Below are positions 21,466 to 30,060 of a DNA stretch of 64,000 nt, piece by piece (positions within the stretch are counted from its first letter, which is position 1; every line of letters begins with the position of its first letter). The translations under genes were made by a program, and so were the position numbers. The notes under the pieces are model-generated. The model saw nothing but the letters and a program-made list of their open reading frames with translations, ran no database searches and was not told where the DNA came from. Source of the DNA: a virus (taxonomy: Duplodnaviria > Caudoviricetes); the IMG/VR virus record IMGVR_UViG_3300005077_000001, positions 64,001 to 128,000 of that record, one strand, 5' to 3'.

Positions 21466-22584
21466 ATGACTATATATAATGATTATAGATTACAAGAACA
21501 AATAAATAATATTTCAATAAGTGGCACTACTGGTTCTGGTACAGCAGAATTATATGGAACTGGCGGTATTACTACAGAATTAATTGATGGAGTTTGGTAC
21601 ATTGATGGTTCTACAATATCTGGTGGAGGTCCTGGTACAGATTATACTTTTGTAGGAGCAGGAAGCGTCCAAGTAACTCAAGTAGATTCCTTAGTAACTA
21701 TTAGTGGTCAGTTAAGTGCTTTTGCTCGTTCTATGGTTGGGGGAAGATTAGACATTTATAATATAACTTCGAGTGGTACTGGTACCCAGTTGTATTGGAA
21801 TTCTGTTATTTCTTCAGATATAGGATTATATAATGGAACAATTTGGGAATATGTAACACCTTCAGGCAGTATATATTTAAATAGTAACTCTACAACAATT
21901 AGTGGTGCTACTATGTCTGGCGGAATTAACTATGATGTATTTGCTGAGTATTTTTCTTCAAATAACTTTAACTTAGTAATACAGGAATGGGCTTCAAGCA
22001 CAGGCAGGTACACCTCTTTATCTACATTTGAAGGGGTATATGTCTATGACTTATCAACTCAAGGTAAAAAAAGAAGGTACTTGGGTACAGTCAGAAGAAG
22101 AAGCACATATAATTTAGAGTTTGTTGACTCGCCAAATCAAAGATTATTAATGAATTATTATAATAAATTAAGTAAAAATTTTAATGTGATGCCTTTGACA
22201 GCATTTACTACACAAACCATTAGTGTTACTTCTTGGCAATCTTGGGTTAATGACGGAGAATTATTTAAAGTAGAGTTTTTATCAGATGGTATAAATATAA
22301 TAAAACTGGATGGGTATATTTCTGGAGAACCAGGTACTATGTGTGCTTGGGGTATTGATTCTAAAACGGTTGCTACTAATGATAGTTTTGCAATACAAGA
22401 TTGGGGCGCAGGAGGCCAAGGTATGATTACAGAATACAGAGGTTTTCCGTCTGCAGGGTATCATTATGCTTACCCTCTCATTAAAAAAAGGAGTGATAAA
22501 GGTAATTTTACTATGTTTTGGTGTGAACCGGAAGGTTCTTATTTTAGAGCTAGAGCCCAAGTACTTGGTGATATCTTGTGTTAG
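21466..22584 (+). CDS. Fibre/decoration protein (start reassigned from 21349 to ATG 21466)
   Basis: ATG 4 nt after the upstream stop; GxWYIDGS repeat plus the shared GGRL...RRYLGTVRRRSTYNLEFVDS domain, close to the 13686 C-terminus. Confidence 0.7.
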   Translation: MTIYNDYRLQEQINNISISGTTGSGTAELYGTGGITTELIDGVWYIDGSTISGGGPGTDYTFVGAGSVQVTQVDSLVTISGQLSAFARSMVGGRLDIYNITSSGTGTQLYWNSVISSDIGLYNGTIWEYVTPSGSIYLNSNSTTISGATMSGGINYDVFAEYFSSNNFNLVIQEWASSTGRYTSLSTFEGVYVYDLSTQGKKRRYLGTVRRRSTYNLEFVDSPNQRLLMNYYNKLSKNFNVMPLTAFTTQTISVTSWQSWVNDGELFKVEFLSDGINIIKLDGYISGEPGTMCAWGIDSKTVATNDSFAIQDWGAGGQGMITEYRGFPSAGYHYAYPLIKKRSDKGNFTMFWCEPEGSYFRARAQVLGDILC

Positions 22585-22656
22585 CTTGGCATGAGTATGA
22601 GTGTAAATTTGTGTCTTTTACTTAAAAAAGGATTACTATTTGTTATTTAATCCTAT

Positions 22657-22683
22657 TTAACTAACCTATTTAATTTAAATAGA
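22657..22683 (+). promoter_or_regulatory. Candidate late promoter motif, copy B
   Basis: TTAACTAA-N15-TAGA, upstream of the scaffold/capsid operon. Confidence 0.55.
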
Positions 22684-22823
22684 ATTATAGGGTGATATTA
22701 GTGACCCTTTAATAATATAGGAAAAGGTCAGTCATGGTTTTATTTATATAATTAATTTAGGGGGCTTTATTAGTTATATAAGAAATTATGAACCAAGATT
22801 AATTTTTTGGGGGTATAGATTAG

Positions 22824-23486
22824 ATGGATAAAAAGCTTTTAAAGCAAATAAAAGAGAAAATTAGAGCAGATGTTGCTACTATTTTTTCTTCTGAAGACAT
22901 TAGTACCCAGCAAAAAGCTCTTGAGGAGTTACTTGAGGAGTCAGCACTTCGTATGGCTGATTTAGTCGATCAGTCTTCTGCAAAGGAGGTTGAGGTGGCT
23001 GAAAAAGTTTCCGAAATTGAAACTCTAACTACTAAAGTAGATGTTTTAATGAAGGAAGTCGAAGCTATTAAGTCTGAGTCTACAAAGGCTTCCAAGGCTT
23101 TATCTGATGTTACTGCTGAGCGTGATGCTCTAAAATCTCAAATGGATGAGATTAATAAGCAGCTAATAATGGACAATAGGGTAAAAGATCTAGAGTCTGC
23201 TGGAGTTCTTCGTTCTGGTGAAGCAGCTGATAAGCAGAAAGCTTATATTGGCAAGCTATCAGATGAGGAGTTCGCAGATTATCGGGAGCATCTTGTTGAA
23301 ACAAAGACAGATCTTGAGACAGCTATTAAGGCAGCTCTTGCTTCTTCTAGTTCTGATACGACTGACGGGAAAGACACAGCCAGTGCTACTGCTCCAGTAG
23401 TTAGTGGTAAAGAATTGGCTGCTATTAATTCAACGGTGAAGCTTACTAAAGAAGATAAAGAAAAGTATGCTTCATTATTCAAATAA
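22824..23486 (+). CDS. Probable head scaffolding protein
   Basis: 220-aa acidic coiled coil placed two genes before the major capsid protein. Confidence 0.6.
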   Translation: MDKKLLKQIKEKIRADVATIFSSEDISTQQKALEELLEESALRMADLVDQSSAKEVEVAEKVSEIETLTTKVDVLMKEVEAIKSESTKASKALSDVTAERDALKSQMDEINKQLIMDNRVKDLESAGVLRSGEAADKQKAYIGKLSDEEFADYREHLVETKTDLETAIKAALASSSSDTTDGKDTASATAPVVSGKELAAINSTVKLTKEDKEKYASLFK

Positions 23487-23504
23487 TAGTCGGAGGTAAT
23501 TTTT

Positions 23505-24026
23505 ATGTTACAATTTCGATCAGGCTATAATGCGAATATGTTTTGCCGTCATGATGAAACTCAAACCTCCACTTATTATAACTGGAGAGGAGAAGAAACA
23601 GCTCTAGTTGCTGAAGCTGGCAATGTTGCCGTAATAACTGGATGCGACGGTGAGACTACAAAAGTCAAAAGGATGTCTGCCTGTACTGAAAAACCTTTTG
23701 GTCTTTTGATGCAGGATGTTAGGAAAGCTTATGATCACGCTTATATGCCTTGGGGCTATATTAAGCCTTTTGATCTAAGTTCTCAGCTAGCATTTATCGG
23801 TGGGCCTGTTGCAGTTGCCCACTTAGGAATTCACGATACTACAGCGTATGATGGTTCAATGGCCGGTGTTACCGCTGGTTCTTTACTCTATCCAACTGCT
23901 AGTGGTACTTTATCCACTACTTCTGGAAGTAATAACTGCGCCACTGCAATTGCAGTTGCCATGAGTACTCTAACAGAAGCTCAGGTTGAGATGGGTCGTA
24001 TGCTTAGAATTAAGCTCTTAATTTAA
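23505..24026 (+). CDS. Probable capsid cement/decoration protein
   Basis: 173 aa beta-rich, PFGLLMQDV...GGPVAV...AGSLLY pattern, directly before the capsid gene. Confidence 0.55.
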   Translation: MLQFRSGYNANMFCRHDETQTSTYYNWRGEETALVAEAGNVAVITGCDGETTKVKRMSACTEKPFGLLMQDVRKAYDHAYMPWGYIKPFDLSSQLAFIGGPVAVAHLGIHDTTAYDGSMAGVTAGSLLYPTASGTLSTTSGSNNCATAIAVAMSTLTEAQVEMGRMLRIKLLI

Positions 24027-24041
24027 GGGTGTAAGGAGGAG

Positions 24042-25130
24042 TTGTTTAAGATGGAACTATCTTTAGCAGATCGACAACAGCTACTGAGAGAAACTGCTGG
24101 TACGACTCTTGAAGCACAGCTTAAGTTTCATGAGCTTGCTCAAGCTATGACAGGACCAATCCTGCAAAAGCTGGAAGAAGAGTCTATCATGCGTCAGTTA
24201 TTCACAGTAGAGAGGCTAGCGCCTGGGGCCCAGCCTGAGTATCCTGTTGCCACTGATTTCGAGACTCCAGTATGGATTCTCCCTCAGTTTGGCTATATAG
24301 CACAGAATTATGTAGAAGGTTTAGGGGAAAGTGTATTCGTTCCAACCTTTAATCTATCTGCTTCAAACAACTGGAAAGTAGATTATGCACGCGATGGTCG
24401 TATTGATATCGTCAATAAGGCTAAAGATGCAACTGCTCGTCAGTTAGCTGAAATGGAAGAAGAATGTGGTTGGCGTGTAATTGCTCCTGCCGTTACTACA
24501 AATTTTGGTGGTATGGGTATTCTTGCTCCACGTCCCGCGCCTATTTATCAGATGCCGTCTAGCGATCCCGCCAGCGGCTATCTTTCAAAAGAACTTATCA
24601 ATAGAATGATTGTTGGTATGGATCGACTTGGAAGAGAACTTAATGAATTATGGGTATCTCCTGAAGATCTCGCAGATATTCGAGAATGGACAGATACCGA
24701 TGTTGATCCTATTACTCGTAGGGAAATTTTCCAAGCAGCGGGTATGGGTAAAATCTGGAACGTAACTTTACGAAAAGTGCGTAATCTAGGTGTCAAAGGT
24801 AAGTATAATATCAATGACAAGACCTCTCTGTATGGTCCTTTCAAGGGTAAGGCTGCTGATAATACATTCAATAATTATACCGTTACAAATGGTAATATTC
24901 TTGATGTATACGGTAATCTAGATACTCCTGGTGAGACCCAGATTTATGGATTTGATGTTACATTTACTGATGCACTTGTAATGCCAGTACGTAAGGAGTA
25001 CGAACCTATTGATGATCCTGCTCTTCTAAGACAGCAGCTTCAGGGTTATTTCGGCTGGTCCACCCTCGGATTCGGCATTTTAGACAGTCGCTCAATCTGT
25101 ATGGGAATCATTGATAGGGCTACTTCCTAA
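24042..25130 (+). CDS. Major capsid protein (HK97-fold expected)
   Basis: 362 aa, strong RBS AAGGAGGAG; LFTVERLAPGAQPEYP...VFVPTF...DYARDGRIDIV pattern typical of large-phage capsid proteins; followed by a terminator. Confidence 0.8.
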   Translation: MFKMELSLADRQQLLRETAGTTLEAQLKFHELAQAMTGPILQKLEEESIMRQLFTVERLAPGAQPEYPVATDFETPVWILPQFGYIAQNYVEGLGESVFVPTFNLSASNNWKVDYARDGRIDIVNKAKDATARQLAEMEEECGWRVIAPAVTTNFGGMGILAPRPAPIYQMPSSDPASGYLSKELINRMIVGMDRLGRELNELWVSPEDLADIREWTDTDVDPITRREIFQAAGMGKIWNVTLRKVRNLGVKGKYNINDKTSLYGPFKGKAADNTFNNYTVTNGNILDVYGNLDTPGETQIYGFDVTFTDALVMPVRKEYEPIDDPALLRQQLQGYFGWSTLGFGILDSRSICMGIIDRATS

Positions 25131-25144
25131 GGAGGCACGATATA

Positions 25145-25348
25145 ATGTTTACATTAGACCTTAATGGAAAGATTCAAGAAACATATGTTAATGGTTGGTA
25201 TGACGGAATGGCTGCTCATCGTTATGGCTGGCTTGGTTTTTGGGGCATGGTCAATTGCAACCCTATGACTCGAATGGCTGTAATCGCAGATCGCCTTAAA
25301 TATCAAGGGGATGGAACTGATTATCATTGGGCTATCCTGTGGTCATAA
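25145..25348 (+). CDS. Small aromatic/Gly-rich hypothetical protein
   Basis: 67 aa, AAGGAGG overlapping the capsid stop codon. Confidence 0.6.
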   Translation: MFTLDLNGKIQETYVNGWYDGMAAHRYGWLGFWGMVNCNPMTRMAVIADRLKYQGDGTDYHWAILWS

Positions 25349-25374
25349 TTAACTAACTACTAACATATAGTAGA
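25349..25374 (+). promoter_or_regulatory. Candidate late promoter motif, copy C
   Basis: TTAACTAA-N14-TAGA immediately after a stop codon, upstream of the HEG at 25430. Confidence 0.5.
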
Positions 25375-25377
25375 ATG

Positions 25378-25412
25378 AAAGAGAAGAGAGAAGAAATTCT
25401 CTCTTTTCTTTT
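25378..25412 (+). terminator. Intrinsic terminator-like hairpin ending the capsid operon
   Basis: AAAGAGAAGAGAGAA-GAAA-TTCTCTCTTTTCTTT: 15-bp stem with one G-U pair, GAAA loop, U-rich 3' arm. Confidence 0.65.
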
Positions 25413-25429
25413 AAAAAAGGAGGGACAGT

Positions 25430-26617
25430 ATGGCAAAGGATTGGTCAAAAAATGAAGATTTACTTTTAGAAAAAAATTGTTCTAATATGAACGATAGAGA
25501 ATTATCTATATTACTAAATAGAACTTTAAAATCTGTTAAACATAGGAGAATTAAACTAGGATTAAAAAATAATTGGAATTGTCAATCTTCGCAATTACCT
25601 TGGTCTAAGGAAGAAGATCAAATATTAATAGATAATTATAGAAAAATACCCTATAAAGAAATTATAAAACTACTACCTAATAAACGAACAGTGGGATCTT
25701 TAGAAAATAGACGTACTTATTTAATTGGCTTAATAAAGAACCCTATCTTAAGAAAATCATCTAATGACGTTTGGACTCCAGAAGAAGATGAAATAATAAT
25801 TAAGAATTATGGTAAATTAACATATGAACAGATGCTTGAATTACTGCCTAATAAAAACAGAACTGTTTTGGCATTACAGTCTAGAAAAAGTCAATTAGAA
25901 CCAGAAGCAGATCTAACAACTTTACGTAGAAATCAACGTAAACATTTTTATAACAATGCTTTTTTTGAAATACCTAATATTGTAAATTGTTATTTTGCAG
26001 GACTTTTATCGGCTGATGGGAATATTAGTAAAAACAGAGAAAATTTAGCAATAACTTTGCATCAGAAAGACAAACCTATTTTAGAAACTTTTTCTAAATG
26101 CATTGAGTATACAGGAGAAGTAGTAGACAGATATTACGAAAAACAAAATAAGTTGACTTCCAGGTTATTAATCAATGGTTGTGGTAGAGATTTAATTCCT
26201 GATTTAGAAAAACATTTCAATATAGTCCCAAAAAAATCTTTAATTTTAAAACCTCCTAATCTAAAAAATGAAGAATTAATTAAAAGTTTTATTAAAGGTT
26301 ATATAGATGGGGATGGTCATATAAACATGGATTCAAAAGGAAATGGGCAATATGCTTGGATTATATCTGTGTGTGGTACTAAAGAAATGCTTGAATGGAT
26401 TAAATTTTATTTTGATAAATGGGCTCCTAATGCATATCATAATAAATTTTCTAAAGTAAGGAAATATGATTATAACAGAATTCATCATTACTCAGTAAAT
26501 GGTAACCGTTCTATTGAAATATTAAAACAATTATGTGGAATACACAGTCCCTATCTAGAGAGAAAATGGCGTCCCTTTATGCACGAACACAATTGTTATT
26601 ACAAATTTACCTCTTAA
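25430..26617 (+). mobile_element. Free-standing LAGLIDADG homing endonuclease with three Myb/SANT-like repeats
   Basis: WSKNED, WSKEED and WTPEED repeats; YFAGLLSADGNI and FIKGYIDGDGHI. Confidence 0.85.
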
Positions 26618-26644
26618 TTAACTACCCACCTACATTCTTATAGG
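26618..26644 (+). promoter_or_regulatory. Candidate late promoter motif, copy D
   Basis: TTAACTAC-N15-TAGG upstream of the endolysin gene. Confidence 0.45.
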
Positions 26645-26675
26645 TATTTAATTTATTAAAGGAAAGGAATAAGCC

Positions 26676-27296
26676 ATGGGATTAATATATGAAATTATGA
26701 ATATTGTTTTTGGTAGAAAGGAAAATGGAGATTATACCCCACAACCTATTTCTGGTGGTGATTTTACAGAAGAAGATTATGATGGGGATTGGGGTGTTAA
26801 TTTACCAGACGTGGATGATGATATAGAATCCGCTGTGCATAAATATAGTAAACAATATAACGTGCCATTTCCTTTGCTTTTGGCTATAATAAAAACCGAA
26901 TCGGACTTTAGAAGAAATGCGATTCGGGAGGAACCCGCCTTTAGAAAAAGATATATTGATAATAATCCTAATTATAGAGAGTTAGATGAGGAAAGCAAAA
27001 GATTCCTTTCCTGTTCACACGGTCTAACGCAATTAATGGGCCTTACGGCTGTTGAACTTGGCTTCAGCTTTTCTGGTCCACAAGAAATTTACGATGTAAA
27101 TAACAATATAATGATTTGTGCATATTACTTACGAAAATTATGGAATAAATACAATGACTTAGAAAAGGCAGTGGCTTCCTATAATGCCGGATCTCCTAGG
27201 TACAATATGGATGGCTCCTTCGTTAATCAAAATTATGTTTCAAAAGTATTAAAATACTTTGAAATATATAAACAGCAAACAATAGCACAAGGATGA
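26676..27296 (+). CDS. Lytic transglycosylase (SLT family), probable endolysin
   Basis: LLLAIIKTESDF (catalytic Glu), HGLTQLM, NNIMICAYYL, AVASYNAG; heads the lysis cassette. Confidence 0.9.
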   Translation: MGLIYEIMNIVFGRKENGDYTPQPISGGDFTEEDYDGDWGVNLPDVDDDIESAVHKYSKQYNVPFPLLLAIIKTESDFRRNAIREEPAFRKRYIDNNPNYRELDEESKRFLSCSHGLTQLMGLTAVELGFSFSGPQEIYDVNNNIMICAYYLRKLWNKYNDLEKAVASYNAGSPRYNMDGSFVNQNYVSKVLKYFEIYKQQTIAQG

Positions 27297-28300
27297 AAAA
27301 GATGCAAGCAAACATATGGACCTCTAAAGAAATAGAGATACTTAAAAATATGTATTTTTCTGGGATAAAAAAAGACATCTTACAGCCGTTGTTAAGTAAT
27401 AGATCTTGGGATGGTATTTGTTCTAAAGCAAGGAATCTTGGTTTATCCGATAAAAAATATCCCAATTGGACAGAAGAAGAAATATCTTTTTTAAAAGAGA
27501 ATTATAAATCTTTACCTACAGAAGAAATATCAAGTATATTAAATAGAACTAGAGATGCTATAATAACTAAAGTAAATAATTTAGGAATAAGTTCTTATGC
27601 TGATAAGAAAGGTAGATACTTATTTAATCGTGATTACTTTTCTGTTTTAAATTTAGAGAGGGCATATTGGGCAGGATTTATAGCAGCAGATGGTTGTTTG
27701 TCAACTGTTGGAAATTCTATAAAACTTAGTATTAGATTAAATCGAAAAGACCATAATCACCTTGAAATGTTTAAGAAATGCATATCTCATGAAGGTCCTG
27801 TTCATAAGGGTTCTTCTTTACGTAAACAAACCACTTGTTTTTTCTCTGTTATTGAAATAAATGGTATTTTTGAATGGCAATCCGATTTATATAAAATATA
27901 TAATATTACTCCAAAAAAATCTCTGACATTAAAACCTCCTAATTTAAGAGATTCTTCTCTTATTAAAGCATTTATTATTGGTTATATTGATGGAGACGGT
28001 TATATAGGTAGAAGACATTATTATAATTATTGGAGACTTTCTATTGTAGGAACTGAAGATTTTTTAATGTTTATAGAAAGTTTCTTTAATAAGCACTATC
28101 CTTATTATAAATTAGCTCACCTAAGAAAAAATAAAAGTATTTATGAATATGATATACAGGGAAAAAGGGTTTCAACAATTTTGAGAGATCTTGCTACTAT
28201 TAAAGTTCCGCATCTTTATCGAAAATGGAATCCTGTTAAAAATGAATTACTAGATAAGGAATGGGTTGAATATATACCAGATATAAAAAAGGAGAATTAA
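27293..28300 (+). mobile_element. Free-standing LAGLIDADG homing endonuclease with two Myb/SANT-like repeats
   Basis: WTSKEI and WTEEEI repeats; YWAGFIAADGCL and FIIGYIDGDGYI; ATGA overlap with the endolysin stop. Confidence 0.85.
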
Positions 28301-28600
28301 ATGTTTAATAATTTTAAAGCATATTTAAGTTCTATGTTTAGAGATGAAAATAGTAAACCAAGTATGTCAAAAACACAATTATTTATTAATTGGATAGTTG
28401 TTTTGGGTGCATATATGTATGATGTCATATCTTATGGTGCTTCACATTCAATTGAACTTGCTCTTGGTTTATTAGGGATCGGTGCTGCTTCGAGGGGTGT
28501 TTCTCAATTTAATAATTTTAAATATAAGTCTTCACAACCATCTAAATCCATATTTACTGGAAATAATTGTAATCCATCAAATGGTACAAATGGGGGTTAA
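28301..28600 (+). CDS. Probable holin
   Basis: 99 aa, two hydrophobic segments (LFINWIVVLGAYMY; LALGLLGIGAA), inside the lysis cassette. Confidence 0.55.
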   Translation: MFNNFKAYLSSMFRDENSKPSMSKTQLFINWIVVLGAYMYDVISYGASHSIELALGLLGIGAASRGVSQFNNFKYKSSQPSKSIFTGNNCNPSNGTNGG

Positions 28601-28603
28601 CTT

Positions 28604-28873
28604 ATGGGTGTATTAGAAACTATATTTGGGATAGCTGCTGTAGTTATAGCTATCTTACTAGGTATTATTAAGATCATGTGGAATATGATGCAATCAAAAA
28701 ATAATCAAATTGGAGACATACAAGCAGCAAATAAGGAATGGCAAGATTACAGTAATGTGCAGAAGGAAAACAGTGAAATAGACCAGCAAGAAGCACAAAA
28801 AGAACAGGAAATTGCGGGGCAAAATGAAACCGACCAACTTATTAGTACTGATAAGCAGTCTTCTAATTTTTAA
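28604..28873 (+). CDS. Probable inner-membrane spanin (Rz-like)
   Basis: One N-terminal TM helix then a Gln/Glu-rich coiled coil; 3' end overlaps a lipoprotein gene in another frame. Confidence 0.6.
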   Translation: MGVLETIFGIAAVVIAILLGIIKIMWNMMQSKNNQIGDIQAANKEWQDYSNVQKENSEIDQQEAQKEQEIAGQNETDQLISTDKQSSNF

Positions 28874-29132
28874 TGGATGTACCTGGTGGGGAATTAATGT
28901 AGTAAGACCTTCGTGGGATGCTCCACCAAGACCCAAAATAGAAGTAGGAGTAAAACAACGAGCAGATACATTTGATTATTTGAATAATGAAGATAAATTA
29001 AAAGATTATATAATTGAACATAAAGATGAATTAAAAAAAGATATAATTACTAAAGAACGGTTAAAGGCGCACATACTAAAATTAGAAAATTTATTAAAAG
29101 GATGTAATAGCAAAGGAGGTGATAGTAAATAG
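28824..29132 (+). CDS. Probable outer-membrane lipoprotein spanin (Rz1-like)
   Basis: MKPTNLLVLISSLLIFNG-C19 signal peptide with lipobox-like Cys, followed by Pro-rich RPSWDAPPRP; start placed at ATG 28824. Confidence 0.65.
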   Translation: MKPTNLLVLISSLLIFNGCTWWGINVVRPSWDAPPRPKIEVGVKQRADTFDYLNNEDKLKDYIIEHKDELKKDIITKERLKAHILKLENLLKGCNSKGGDSK

Positions 29133-29141
29133 GAGTAATAT

Positions 29142-29690
29142 TTGATGGAAGAATTAAAAAATTTAGTAACAGAAGTAAAAACTGATTTAGAAGATTTAAT
29201 TTCTCTTTCGAATCAATCTCAAGGTTCAAATTTATTGAATCTTACAATAAAGTTGGAAAAATTTGAAGACAAAGTAGAAGAACGATTGGATTATTTGGAT
29301 GATAAATTAGATGAAAAAATAAACAAAGTTAAAGAAGCATTAGACAAAAGTGAATGGCAACGATGGAAAACGTTTGGCGGGGCAATAGCTTTGGCAGTTA
29401 CAATATTTATTGGGACTATATTTCTTGGGGCAAATATACTTCAAGATAGAATGTCAAAGATTGAGAAAGAGGTTACTGTTGTTCAAGAATCGGATAAAAG
29501 CCAAGTGTCGTTTGAGAAGTTTCTTGAGTTACAAAAAACTTCTGAGAAAGACCGTGCTCTGATATTAGAAAAGTTAAATCATGTAGTAAGTACGAACGAT
29601 TTTAATCTATTTAAAAAAGAAGTGTATGACGTGATTCTTAAATTACACTTGGGGGATAAGAATGAAAGACCTACTAATAGTGGAAAATGA
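29142..29690 (+). CDS. Coiled-coil protein with a single TM helix
   Basis: Heptad-rich N-half, FGGAIALAVTIFIGTIFLGA TM segment; overlaps the response regulator start. Confidence 0.6.
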   Translation: MMEELKNLVTEVKTDLEDLISLSNQSQGSNLLNLTIKLEKFEDKVEERLDYLDDKLDEKINKVKEALDKSEWQRWKTFGGAIALAVTIFIGTIFLGANILQDRMSKIEKEVTVVQESDKSQVSFEKFLELQKTSEKDRALILEKLNHVVSTNDFNLFKKEVYDVILKLHLGDKNERPTNSGK

Positions 29691-30060
29691 TACAATAGTT
29701 ACTAAAATATGGGCAACCTACTTTAGCCAATACTACAACGTTAAGCGTGCCCATAGCGTAGGAGAGGCTTTAATAATGGTTAAAGAAAAACTTCCAGATG
29801 CTGTTATTCTAGATTTAAGGTTAAATGGTCCAGAAGATTCTGGTTTAAGTGTGTATTCTTATATAAGGAATGTTTGCCAAAGCAGTATTCCTGTTATCTT
29901 TGTTACAGGATTGGATTCAGATACTTTATTATATAAAGAAGCAGATACTATAGCTGCTGTTGATTATGAAAAAGGGATGTTTACTAAATTATTTGTAAAA
30001 CCTATAAAATTATCAACATTGGAGCCAGTAATTGAAACAATGATGTCTGAGGCGGTATGA
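29662..30060 (+). CDS. Single-domain response regulator (CheY-like receiver)
   Basis: LLIVEND acidic pocket, VILD51LRL phospho-acceptor, FVTG, FVKP. Confidence 0.9.
   Translation: MKDLLIVENDTIVTKIWATYFSQYYNVKRAHSVGEALIMVKEKLPDAVILDLRLNGPEDSGLSVYSYIRNVCQSSIPVIFVTGLDSDTLLYKEADTIAAVDYEKGMFTKLFVKPIKLSTLEPVIETMMSEAV

Noticed and set aside
8333-22584. Diversity-generating retroelement acting on fibre tips
   Set aside because: No reverse transcriptase and no template/variable repeat pair differing only at adenines was seen; paralogous segments differ at all base types.
25081-25147. Frameshift extension of the capsid protein into the 67-aa ORF
   Set aside because: The -1 frame has TGA and TAG at 25112-25117, there is no slippery site after them, and the small ORF has its own RBS.
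1339-28300. Group I introns or inteins housing the LAGLIDADG ORFs
   Set aside because: The ORFs have their own starts and stops, abut or overlap neighbours with no room for an intron core, and lack intein splice-junction residues.
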